From a virus: a stretch of DNA of 64,000 nucleotides. A program made the translations under genes and the position numbers. Shown here in pieces: positions 53,395 through 60,993 of the stretch (its first letter is position 1; each line of letters starts with the position of its first letter). The notes under the pieces were generated by a model. That model was not told the origin of the DNA. It searched no databases and was given only the letters and a program-made list of their open reading frames with translations. The stretch lies in IMG/VR virus record IMGVR_UViG_3300045988_011398; one strand, 5' to 3'.

Positions 53395-53655
53395 ATGGAA
53401 AGAAATCTGATTTTCAATGAGACCCTGACTGTTGAACAGTTCAAAGCAACAATGAATGTTTCACGCATTGATGTGAAGCAGAATCCCAAGACCAACAAGC
53501 TCTTCTTCACTTATGGTGCCAAGACTGGTGCTGTGGCAGTGAAGGGCATTCCTCAGCATCCTATGTTGAGCAATGTCACTGGCTCTGATGGTCAGTCATT
53601 CTGGCTTCTGCATGAGGAAGGTCAGGGTGGTGCACCTGTGCTGGCATCCTTCTAA
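53395..53655 (+). CDS. Hypothetical protein (86 aa)
   Basis: First + strand ORF of the right arm, followed by a terminator 4 nt after the stop. Confidence 0.55.
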   Translation: MERNLIFNETLTVEQFKATMNVSRIDVKQNPKTNKLFFTYGAKTGAVAVKGIPQHPMLSNVTGSDGQSFWLLHEEGQGGAPVLASF

Positions 53656-53658
53656 GGG

Positions 53659-53679
53659 AAGGGTGCTATGCACCCTTTT
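53659..53679 (+). terminator. Intrinsic terminator
   Basis: AAGGGTGC tat GCACCCTT followed by TT(C)ATT. Confidence 0.65.
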
Positions 53680-53687
53680 CATTCCTC

Positions 53688-53866
53688 TGAGCATTAATAG
53701 TATTAAACCTCTGAGCATTAATAGGTTTGTGCTACAAAAGTTCAGTGTGGAATGAGAATGTTCAGTAGATTATATTACTGCACAAGAGTAATTAGGGGAT
53801 AGAGTGTGGAATGCACTTTATCCTCTTTTTATTTCTTTGAGCATTAATAGTCTTGAGCATTGATAG
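53688..53866 (+). repeat. Four copies of TGAGCATT(A/G)ATAG arranged as two pairs, each pair just downstream of a terminator hairpin
   Basis: Copies at 53688-53700, 53712-53724, 53838-53850 and 53854-53866. Flanks are also similar (TTC[CT]T[CT]TGAGCATTAATAGT ... TTGTG(T)GC). Confidence 0.8.
53795..53830 (+). terminator. Second terminator-like hairpin with a T-run
   Basis: GGATAGAGTG tggaatg CACTTTATCC (one G:U) followed by TCTTTTT. Confidence 0.55.
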
Positions 53867-54701
53867 ATTGTGTGCAATGTTTTATGATTCAATTAATTAA
53901 GTCTGTGAACTGAATGAAACTGGTTCACCTTATAAATTGAACTTATGCAGTGCTGTAGTCAGGTGAAGGTAGTAATGCAAAACCCCTCACTACTTTGCCA
54001 ATTTGAATCATCAACAAATCACCATCAATCTGTAATGTATAGCTAAATTTACTGAGTGCAACACAAAATCAAACTATTGATAACCTGATTAAATATCACC
54101 CCAATGCACAATATTGCCCAGTTTATTTGTGAATAATAGTAGCAAAAGACACCAAACACAGGGCTAAATGTGTGAGAGAACAAACTAATAATCCTATAAT
54201 CACTGATTAGTCATACATTATTTCTTATTTAGACTACTGAGGAGCATGACTTAATGAAAGTTAGCTGGGAAGTAAAGATACATACACCTCCAAGGACTGT
54301 GTGAGATTAAAAGGGTGATTTCATCACTCAGAATACATCAATAGCTTAGTGAGTGGAAAGGAATAGACTCAACTTAGAACCCAGAAACAAGTAATGAGTA
54401 AGATTGTGAACTGTGTATCCAATATTGTGTAGTAAAATAAAATATGATGTAGTAAAGTGGCACAGGTTTATGTTCAGTGCATTAAATAGGTAATGGAGAC
54501 TAAAGAGACATACATTATATAATAATATTGTCTTGGATAAAGTCTGACCTTCTATCTTTACAGGATTAATCAAGAGAACTACAAAGCACATTAGTTTAAT
54601 GGAAAACATTATTGAGGTATAGTACTTAATAATATGATGGTTCAAATCCATCATGTGCTTCAATTAACAAACAACAATCAATCAATCAAACTTTCAAACA
54701 A

Positions 54702-54914
54702 ATGTCCAAGAAACATACATTTCACCGAGAGAATTGCAACACTTGCATAAGAATGTCCATAGTGGATATGCTCGGCAGAACAATTGTTCTATCAGGTACT
54801 CATGCCTTTGAATGGCAGGTAACTATAGTTGGTGAAAACAGTTTAACTGTCATCAAATTTGTCAACAGAGTAAAAGCAACAAAGGAGTTCAATAAATACA
54901 GGAGGAAGAGATGA
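54702..54914 (+). CDS. Hypothetical protein (70 aa)
   Basis: ORF with a basic C-terminus. Its stop overlaps the ATG of the next small ORF (ATGA). Confidence 0.45.
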   Translation: MSKKHTFHRENCNTCIRMSIVDMLGRTIVLSGTHAFEWQVTIVGENSLTVIKFVNRVKATKEFNKYRRKR

Positions 54915-54997
54915 TAAGTACAGAAGATATTATAACAATCATACTAATCATTGCTTTCTTTGTATATTTGGCATCAAAAGACAAGAAGAGTAAATGA
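54911..54997 (+). CDS. Small single-pass membrane peptide (28 aa), speculative
   Basis: MISTEDIITIILIIAFFVYLASKDKKSK. ATGA overlaps at both ends suggest translational coupling. Below the ORF-track cutoff. Confidence 0.3.
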   Translation: MISTEDIITIILIIAFFVYLASKDKKSK

Positions 54998-55299
54998 GAA
55001 GAACAGCAATTTACACACTACTCATCACATTAGTGGTGAGTAGTTGTGGTCCAATAGAACCTACTGAGTCAGAACCAGTGACCAGTCAGGACTCAAGTTA
55101 TGTATTTACAAAAAGCAAAAGCAGAGTAATCATGGAAGAAGAAAAGGAAATATTGGAACTTGAAGGAGACATTAAAATGGATGAGTCTTCTGTATTTGTT
55201 CCAGAAGTAACATATGCACCACAATATACATGTCCTAATTGTGGAGAATTGTTTGATGGACATGAGTGTGAAAATTGTCATTATACAGAAAACAGATAA
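54994..55299 (+). CDS. Putative lipoprotein with a C-terminal zinc ribbon (101 aa)
   Basis: Signal peptide plus lipobox (LITLVVSSC). C-terminal CPNC...x8...CENC. Confidence 0.5.
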   Translation: MRRTAIYTLLITLVVSSCGPIEPTESEPVTSQDSSYVFTKSKSRVIMEEEKEILELEGDIKMDESSVFVPEVTYAPQYTCPNCGELFDGHECENCHYTENR

Positions 55300-55300
55300 A

Positions 55301-55543
55301 ATGAAAACAACCATTGAATTGGTGGGTATGATAATTACCTTGCCTTTCCTTGCTTTAGAAGCAATGATAAAAGGAGTAATGTATATTCTTTACTTCCCTC
55401 TCATATTGTGTATTGCCATCATCTATCCTTTCATCAAGAGGGCAGACCTCAGCTGGACTGAGAAATGGTGGAAATATGCCAACACTTGGAAGAAGGGATT
55501 TTACTCTGGTTACATTTATAGACTGTGGAAAGTAGAAGATTAA
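55301..55543 (+). CDS. Small membrane protein (80 aa)
   Basis: Internal Met (MKTTIELVG...) of track ORF 55214-55543, chosen because the upstream part overlaps the lipoprotein gene. Two hydrophobic helices. Confidence 0.45.
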   Translation: MKTTIELVGMIITLPFLALEAMIKGVMYILYFPLILCIAIIYPFIKRADLSWTEKWWKYANTWKKGFYSGYIYRLWKVED

Positions 55544-55550
55544 CAACCAT

Positions 55551-56321
55551 GTGGGAGTAGGAAACTGCTCCCACTTAAATAAACAAATAATCATGGTACG
55601 AACAATTTATGTAGTATTTGTAGAAGACAAAGTGTCAAACACTTCTCACTTGAAGGAATACATGTTCCTGTGTCCTTTTGACTATATCAGGGTTGGAGAT
55701 ATTATCAAAGACCCAAGATATGTACCTTACATGCAGGTGACAAAGATTACTCCTTGCTCTGCAAGAGTACAGGAAGGCTTTACCTTGAAGGATATTCAGA
55801 TTGAGAGTCTGAATAAGAGAAAGGTAGTAGCAACTCAAGGTAGTGATTTTGACATTGACAAGCGGAGAAACAACATGGAAACAAGAAACATCAGTATCAC
55901 TCTTGAACAGGCAATGGAGTGGTACAACAGTGGAAATGCCACACTGAGAACATTGGCATTGAATGCTTATACAAAGGATGAGTTGGAACTCAACTATGGC
56001 TTGATTGAATCCAAAGTAGACCAAGCCTGTGGGTGTTTCAATACTCCTATGTGTGAGCAGAAGAAGTTCCAAGTACTTGCAAAGCTGGCTATCATTGCCA
56101 AGCACTATAACAAGAATTGGAAGAAGACTACCTGCAACACAGGATATTTCCTTGGTAATTACAACAATGGAAATGGTCCTGTAGTTGAGTGCTGCAAGGG
56201 TGTTGGTGTATATCAGCACAATACAGTACAGTATGCAGGGGTTGTGTACTTCAAGAACCAAGAGGATGCTATCAAAGCAGTCAAGATTCTTGGTGATGAA
56301 GTCAAAGAACTGTTCAAATAG
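55551..56321 (+). CDS. Hypothetical protein (256 aa; alternative start at 55593)
   Basis: Balanced composition, unlike the Leu/Ile/Cys-rich antisense ORF 55635-56261. Followed by a terminator. Confidence 0.55.
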   Translation: MGVGNCSHLNKQIIMVRTIYVVFVEDKVSNTSHLKEYMFLCPFDYIRVGDIIKDPRYVPYMQVTKITPCSARVQEGFTLKDIQIESLNKRKVVATQGSDFDIDKRRNNMETRNISITLEQAMEWYNSGNATLRTLALNAYTKDELELNYGLIESKVDQACGCFNTPMCEQKKFQVLAKLAIIAKHYNKNWKKTTCNTGYFLGNYNNGNGPVVECCKGVGVYQHNTVQYAGVVYFKNQEDAIKAVKILGDEVKELFK

Positions 56322-56346
56322 GTTTTAGTTCGGGTAATAAGCCAAT

Positions 56347-56380
56347 GGCAAGCTGGTCTTCACAGATGAGCTTGCCTTTT
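56347..56380 (+). terminator. Intrinsic terminator
   Basis: GGCAAGCT ...13-nt loop... AGCTTGCC followed by TTTT. Confidence 0.7.
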
Positions 56381-56383
56381 CAT

Positions 56384-56457
56384 GCTGCCATAGCTCAATT
56401 GGATAGAGCAACAGACTTCTAATCTGTAGGTTCTGAGTTCGAGTCTCAGTGGTAGTA
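56384..56457 (+). tRNA. tRNA-Arg(TCT), second copy, + strand
   Basis: Acceptor GCTGCCA/TGGTAGT (two G:U), D arm GCTC AATTGGATA GAGC, anticodon arm ACAGA CTTCTAA TCTGT, T arm CTGAG TTCGAGT CTCAG. Confidence 0.8.
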
Positions 56458-56494
56458 CAACAATAAACAATTAAACAATTAAACATTTAATCTT

Positions 56495-56719
56495 ATGATG
56501 GTGATATTAAATTCCTCTGCTATATTAGAGGGAGTCAAAGATTTACAAGCAAATTCTATTAAAGAAGGGTTATTACTCTGTGCTGAGAATACTAAAAAGG
56601 CTAATGAATTTGAAGAAATATTGAAGAAATTCAATATCAAATATCAAAGATTTGGTCAAGGTACTCAATTTGAAATAAATTGTTGGTCTGTTAGTGCCTA
56701 TGATAATATAAATAGATAA
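56495..56719 (+). CDS. Hypothetical protein (74 aa)
   Basis: ORF at the start of a visibly more AT-rich stretch (~56470-58060). Confidence 0.45.
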   Translation: MMVILNSSAILEGVKDLQANSIKEGLLLCAENTKKANEFEEILKKFNIKYQRFGQGTQFEINCWSVSAYDNINR

Positions 56720-56721
56720 AT

Positions 56722-57183
56722 ATGGGACAGAAATGGCAATATTACGGTTTATTTCTTAATAAAGAGGCAAAAATACAATTATTTACAATGGTAGTAGCGA
56801 ATTTTTTGAATAATATTAAGAACCCCAACAAAGTATGTTTGGACCATTGTACTTTATTGCATAAATCTCAATTAGACAATGATAATACCATATTCCTTAA
56901 TAGATGTATAAAATCCAGACTTGATTATCTATTGGAGAATAATATAATCAGAGCTAAATTGATGATTACCTCAGTAGGTATATCTGAAAAAGCTATGGCT
57001 TTCAAAGTTATAATTCTTAATAATAATGAGGGAATATATGACTATGAAATCTGTGCTAACGAGATACCACATATTACTATTTGCACATTTAATGGTGGTA
57101 AGCCAGTAGATAGTAATAATATTGTTAAGTGGCATGATTTAGATGAGCCTATAGAGATTGAAACAACACTAAAAAGAGTATAA
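56722..57183 (+). CDS. 2H phosphoesterase superfamily protein (two HxT motifs), Acb1-like or LigT-like
   Basis: 153 aa. LDHCTLLH (H42-x-T44) and IPHITICT (H117-x-T119). Size and motif spacing are those of small 2H cyclic-nucleotide/2',3'-cyclic phosphodiesterases. Confidence 0.6.
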   Translation: MGQKWQYYGLFLNKEAKIQLFTMVVANFLNNIKNPNKVCLDHCTLLHKSQLDNDNTIFLNRCIKSRLDYLLENNIIRAKLMITSVGISEKAMAFKVIILNNNEGIYDYEICANEIPHITICTFNGGKPVDSNNIVKWHDLDEPIEIETTLKRV

Positions 57184-57184
57184 A

Positions 57185-57511
57185 ATGAAAATAACTTCAC
57201 TACAACAATTAAAAGACTGGAATAATCAATATGCTGTTGGTTCAACTTTTAGAAAAGAACATGATGAAGCTAAATTTCCTATCTTATTAGAATGGTTTCT
57301 TGATTGGTTCTTTGAAGAAGCTTTATTAGATATAGAAGTAGCAAGAGAGGCTTTTAATGAATATGTAAATTTTGCCTATATATGTACAGAGCTTCCACCA
57401 GAAGCTTCTCTTGGAAGGTGCTTACATAACCTTAATTATTGGTATGATAGAGCATCCTATTATAATTCAAGAGCAAAACAATTTAAGAAATTTAAGGCAG
57501 AGTGTTTATAA
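57185..57511 (+). CDS. Hypothetical protein (108 aa)
   Basis: ORF 1 nt after the upstream stop. Trp/Phe/Glu-rich. Confidence 0.45.
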   Translation: MKITSLQQLKDWNNQYAVGSTFRKEHDEAKFPILLEWFLDWFFEEALLDIEVAREAFNEYVNFAYICTELPPEASLGRCLHNLNYWYDRASYYNSRAKQFKKFKAECL

Positions 57512-57531
57512 ATTAATAATTTGATATACAA

Positions 57532-58065
57532 ATGAACAAGAAACTAAGATTGCTTGTTACGACAGATTGTCCTAACAAGTGCCCTATGTGCTGCAATAAT
57601 CAGTTTGATTTCAGCAAACTGCCTGTAGTAGATAGGTGGAATTATGATGAAATCATGATTACTGGAGGTGAACCTTTGTTGTTTACAGATACTTTAGTAG
57701 AGGTATTAATTTCCATAAAAGAATTAAGTTCTCTCACTGGAAACCATCCTAAACTATTTATTTATACTGCTGATTGCACTAACAAGATTATTAAAGTCTT
57801 ACCCCATGTTGATGGTATAGTACTTACTCCACACAAGCAATCAGATATTGTACACTTTATTGAACTAAATAAGTTCATACTTGTACATAAGACCCAATTT
57901 TATATCCGAGATACATCACTTAGATTAAATCTTTTTCCTGACATGAAAGCCCTCTTACCTAAAGATATTGATTTATCATTATGGGAAGTAAAAGATATGG
58001 AGTGGATAGAAAACTGTCCAGTTCCAGAGGGTGAGGACTTCAGGAGAATAGCTAATTTATGGTAA
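57532..58065 (+). CDS. Small radical-SAM enzyme (177 aa), NrdG/QueE-sized
   Basis: CPNKCPMC (CxxxCxxC) at residues 13-20 and IMITGGEPLLF (GGE SAM-binding motif). Confidence 0.6.
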   Translation: MNKKLRLLVTTDCPNKCPMCCNNQFDFSKLPVVDRWNYDEIMITGGEPLLFTDTLVEVLISIKELSSLTGNHPKLFIYTADCTNKIIKVLPHVDGIVLTPHKQSDIVHFIELNKFILVHKTQFYIRDTSLRLNLFPDMKALLPKDIDLSLWEVKDMEWIENCPVPEGEDFRRIANLW

Positions 58066-58391
58066 TAATTCAAAACAGAAATACAATGAGAAAATGGACA
58101 GAAGAGGATAAGAATATCCTCCTTGAGGAAATCTCAAATGACCCAAGTAACTTACAGAATGTCTTCAGAAGAACTGCTGAAAGAATAGGCAGGACTAAAG
58201 CCGCAGTTGCAACATACTGGTATCAGGTACTTGCTCCTAAGAACAGAAATAACAGGAGTAATACTGCATTCATGTCCTACAGTAAAGGCAGCATAAACAG
58301 CAATAGGAAAATATCCAGAGAGAATACTCAACAGCCTGTTGCAGTAAGAAGGAGCAAATGGAGAAGAATACTTGATATAATCTTTGAATAA
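58059..58391 (+). CDS. Myb/SANT-like DNA-binding protein (110 aa; possible start at the MRKW Met, 58086)
   Basis: RKWTEEDKNILLEEI...IGRTKAAVATYWYQVL has the W-x(18-20)-W Myb-repeat pattern. Basic C-terminus. Overlaps the upstream stop (ATGGTAA). Confidence 0.45.
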   Translation: MVIIQNRNTMRKWTEEDKNILLEEISNDPSNLQNVFRRTAERIGRTKAAVATYWYQVLAPKNRNNRSNTAFMSYSKGSINSNRKISRENTQQPVAVRRSKWRRILDIIFE

Positions 58392-58400
58392 GATTGGATT

Positions 58401-58725
58401 GGGGCATGATTTGGTTTTGATTGCTGATTATCAGGTAAGAGAACATGCAGAGACTGATGGAGAGACATCAAACAATTAACTGGCAATACTTCTTATAGAG
58501 TTGCTGCCTAAACATAGGCTGAGCAGCACTTGCTTGGAAACAGAAAGGTGCAATAGTGGTGGATTTTCCTTATTTATCTGACCCTGACAAGTTAAATAAG
58601 GTGGTGGAATGGTATGTCAATCCGGGCAACCCCAGTAGATAACCAACTGCACATCAAATAGGTAAGCATGTGAAATTCTTTTACAGGAGATTAGTAAGAC
58701 AGGGGTTCGAGTCCCCTATGCTCCA
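58401..58725 (+). ncRNA. ssrA: tmRNA (ssrA-like) with tag ORF GNTSYRVAA-stop
   Basis: 5' GGGGCATGATTTGGTTTTGATTGC matches the tmRNA 5' consensus. 3' GACAGGGGTTCGAGTCCCCTATGCTCCA gives a T arm plus acceptor. Acceptor GGGGCAT/ATGCTCC has G3:U70 (Ala identity). Internal frame GGC AAT ACT TCT TAT AGA GTT GCT GCC TAA lies at 58482-58511. CCA is not encoded. Confidence 0.85.
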
Positions 58726-58752
58726 CATTAAACTTAATTAATTCTTAAAACA

Positions 58753-58938
58753 ATGGGAGAAATTTCAGAGATGATTCTTGATGGCACATTAGATGCTGTC
58801 ACAGGAGAGTACATTGGTGAGCCTTGTGGTTATCCTCGAACCTATGTGAAGGATAGTGCCTATGCTTATGTGAGAAAGAGTAAGAGAGCAAGGCAAAGCA
58901 ACAAGCCTAAAGTAAAGAAAATGAGAAACAAATATTAA
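58753..58938 (+). CDS. Hypothetical protein (61 aa), basic C-terminus
   Basis: ORF 27 nt after the tmRNA 3' end. Confidence 0.45.
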   Translation: MGEISEMILDGTLDAVTGEYIGEPCGYPRTYVKDSAYAYVRKSKRARQSNKPKVKKMRNKY

Positions 58939-58970
58939 GTTGAACAGTCCTTTTGGACAAAAAAAAAGTT

Positions 58971-59339
58971 ATGTATCTTGAGTTTATGATTATTGGTCTC
59001 ATTGGAGGCTTGTTGGGCATTTTCTATAGAAATTGTCTCAAAGTAGAGGACATGATTTTCAATCCTCTGTACAAGAAGGTATTAAAACCTTGGGCATTGG
59101 GCAGTAATAGATTCTTATCTTTTATTGCTTATCCTCTTGGATTCTGTATCTATTGCAGTACCACTTGGATTACATTCTTCCTTTGCTTACTCTTCCTGAC
59201 ATCATGGGAAGTGTTACCTAAATGGCAGGATATAGTAATAGGAGTAATTGCAGCAAGTGGTGTACAACATCTTGTAGTGTGTGCAGTTTGTAGATGGCTG
59301 ATACACAAGCATCCAGACTTAGACAATAGTTATAATTAA
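58971..59339 (+). CDS. Multi-pass membrane protein (122 aa)
   Basis: The track ORF starts at a TTG (58953); the first ATG is at 58971. Three to four hydrophobic helices, CIYC motif. Followed by a terminator. Confidence 0.5.
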   Translation: MYLEFMIIGLIGGLLGIFYRNCLKVEDMIFNPLYKKVLKPWALGSNRFLSFIAYPLGFCIYCSTTWITFFLCLLFLTSWEVLPKWQDIVIGVIAASGVQHLVVCAVCRWLIHKHPDLDNSYN

Positions 59340-59354
59340 TAGGTGAGAAAAAAA

Positions 59355-59389
59355 AAGTTCCCAATTTTCTTGTGTAATTGGGAACTTTT
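59355..59389 (+). terminator. Intrinsic terminator
   Basis: 12-bp stem AAGTTCCCAATT / AATTGGGAACTT with a 9-nt loop, followed by TT. The 3' arm abuts the next promoter. Confidence 0.7.
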
Positions 59390-59400
59390 ACTTACCTTTG
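59368..59400 (+). promoter_or_regulatory. Bacteroidetes-type promoter for the Ro60/Y-RNA unit (-7 TACCTTTG, -33 CTTG)
   Basis: CTTGTGTAATTGGGAACTTTTACTTACCTTTGCAGTG, with the -7 box 30 nt upstream of the ATG at 59430. Same extended consensus as the minus-strand promoters. Confidence 0.65.
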
Positions 59401-59429
59401 CAGTGTCAAACAATTAAAAAGACAAAGAA

Positions 59430-60839
59430 ATGAGTAAAGTAAATCCGTCATTGAAGAAAACCTCAAAGTTTGAGGAAGAAAGATTGGCTGGTGGTTCAGG
59501 TGCATTAGCAGCTAAACAGAGTAATGTTGCATTGTTGAGGAGAGCAGTATTAGCTAATCTTCTTTGGGAAGATGTAGCATACATGGATGGAATGAAGGTT
59601 GCTGAAGAAATTCAGAGATTGATTCCTTTGTGTCCTGCTGAAGATGTATATCACATTGCTCTTGAAGCAAGGACAATGCAGAAGTTAAGACATACTCCTT
59701 TATTCCTTGCAGTGGAAATGTGCAAGTATCCTGAGCATAAGAAGTTTGTGCAAGAATTGCTGCCTCAGATTATCACAAGAGCAGACATGCTTACTGATTT
59801 CTTGGCTATTTATTGGAGGGATGGTAAGAAACCTATTGCTAATCAAGCAAAGAAAGGTTTGGCAAAGGCATTCCATAATTTCAATGAATACAAGTTTGCT
59901 AAATATGATAGAGATGCAGCTATTAAGCTGAGAGATGTCATGTTCTTATGCAGACCTAAGCCTGAGAATCAGTATGAGCAGACTTTGTTCAAGAAGGTAG
60001 CAGATAGAACTCTTGCAACACCTGAGACATGGGAAGTGCTACTGTCTACTGGAAAGGATAAGAAAGAGTCTTGGGCTAAACTTATCACTGAAGGTAAGAT
60101 TGGTGGTCTGGCTATGTTGAGAAATATAGCCAACATGAGAAGAGCAAGTGTGGACAAGAAGGTGATTGAAGAAGGTCTTGAGAAGTTGAAATCTTCAATG
60201 CTCATGCCTTTGGACTTCTTGAAAGCAAATAAAATGAACCCTGAGTTCAGCAGACAGATAGAGGATGCTATGATAAGTAGCTATGCTAATTTGCCTGAGT
60301 TGAAAGGTAAGACTCTTTTCATTGTGGATGTGTCAGGTTCTATGCAAGCTCCAATGTCTGCAAAATCTGATTTCAGCAGATATGATGCAGCATGTGCTAT
60401 GGCTATGTTAGCAGCCAATCAGTGTGAGGACTATGAAATAGTTTGTACTGCTGGTAATGACTACTCTCATACAGGAGCACATGAGCATATTCCTTATCCT
60501 CAGAAAGGTTTTGGAATCTTTGAACAAATCCATAGCACTAATAGGAGAATTGGAGGTGGAGGTATATTCACCAGACAATGCCTTGAATGGTGTAATGACA
60601 AGTTCAAGGGTCAGAAGTTTGATAGAATCATTGTATTCTCAGACTCTCAAGACTGTGACTTGCCTGCAAGGAGAGTTCCTAAACCTTTTGGTACTTACAA
60701 CTATATTTGTGATGTGTCAGCACACACAAAAGGTGTAAACTACAGAGGTGCATGGACTGCTGAGATAAGTGGCTTCTCGGAGCATTTCATCACATTCATT
60801 GCAGCAATGGAAGGTATTCAGAATACCTTTGAAGAATAA
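59430..60839 (+). CDS. rsr: Ro60-like protein (TROVE domain + vWA domain with a MIDAS motif), Rsr ortholog candidate
   Basis: 469 aa. N-terminal RLAGGSGALAAKQSNVALLRRAVLANLLWEDVAY and VYHIALEARTMQKLRHTPLFLAVEM resemble TROVE signatures. C-terminal LFIVDVSGSMQAPMS (DxSxS MIDAS) and IIVFSDSQD indicate a vWA fold. A Y-RNA-like element starts 4 nt after the stop. Confidence 0.7.
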   Translation: MSKVNPSLKKTSKFEEERLAGGSGALAAKQSNVALLRRAVLANLLWEDVAYMDGMKVAEEIQRLIPLCPAEDVYHIALEARTMQKLRHTPLFLAVEMCKYPEHKKFVQELLPQIITRADMLTDFLAIYWRDGKKPIANQAKKGLAKAFHNFNEYKFAKYDRDAAIKLRDVMFLCRPKPENQYEQTLFKKVADRTLATPETWEVLLSTGKDKKESWAKLITEGKIGGLAMLRNIANMRRASVDKKVIEEGLEKLKSSMLMPLDFLKANKMNPEFSRQIEDAMISSYANLPELKGKTLFIVDVSGSMQAPMSAKSDFSRYDAACAMAMLAANQCEDYEIVCTAGNDYSHTGAHEHIPYPQKGFGIFEQIHSTNRRIGGGGIFTRQCLEWCNDKFKGQKFDRIIVFSDSQDCDLPARRVPKPFGTYNYICDVSAHTKGVNYRGAWTAEISGFSEHFITFIAAMEGIQNTFEE

Positions 60840-60842
60840 AAC

Positions 60843-60986
60843 AAAGAGTACTGTGTAGTGTTTTGTCAGACTTACTTCATTAACTAAGTGGTATAGTGCA
60901 AAACTTTTAATTTTGATGTCACAGGTTCGAGTCCTGTATGAGATTGGGGAAACCTAAGTCTGACATCTGTTCTCACAGTACTCTTT
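60843..60986 (+). ncRNA. YrlA-like Y RNA: a long terminal helix carrying an embedded tRNA-like cloverleaf
   Basis: Terminal 13-bp helix AAAGAGTACTGTG/CACAGTACTCTTT, an internal loop, then 10-bp GTCAGACTTA/TAAGTCTGAC. Inside: acceptor-like TTCAT/ATGAG, D arm ACTA AGTGGTA TAGT, anticodon-like arm CAAAA CTTTTAA TTTTG, T arm ACAGG TTCGAGT CCTGT. Confidence 0.65.
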
Positions 60987-60993
60987 TCAATAT

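Noticed and set aside
53688-53866. The TGAGCATTAATAG repeats as a CRISPR array.
   Set aside because: There are only four 13-nt copies with irregular 16-150 nt spacing, no 25-40 nt palindromic repeats and no cas genes.
54346-54663. 105-aa minus-strand ORF in the ORF-poor region.
   Set aside because: Low-complexity, His/Leu/Phe-rich product. It has no promoter box and runs opposite to the surrounding transcription. It is treated as non-coding.
55635-56261. 208-aa minus-strand ORF opposite ORF 55551-56321.
   Set aside because: Its composition (Leu/Ile/Val/Cys rich, few charged residues) looks like an antisense shadow. The + strand ORF fits the local operon direction and is followed by a + strand terminator.
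58401-58725. Reading the 58700-58725 T-arm/acceptor segment as an independent tRNA fragment or pseudogene.
   Set aside because: It pairs with the GGGGCAT 5' end 300 nt upstream, and the intervening sequence contains a tag-like reading frame. The tmRNA interpretation explains the whole element.
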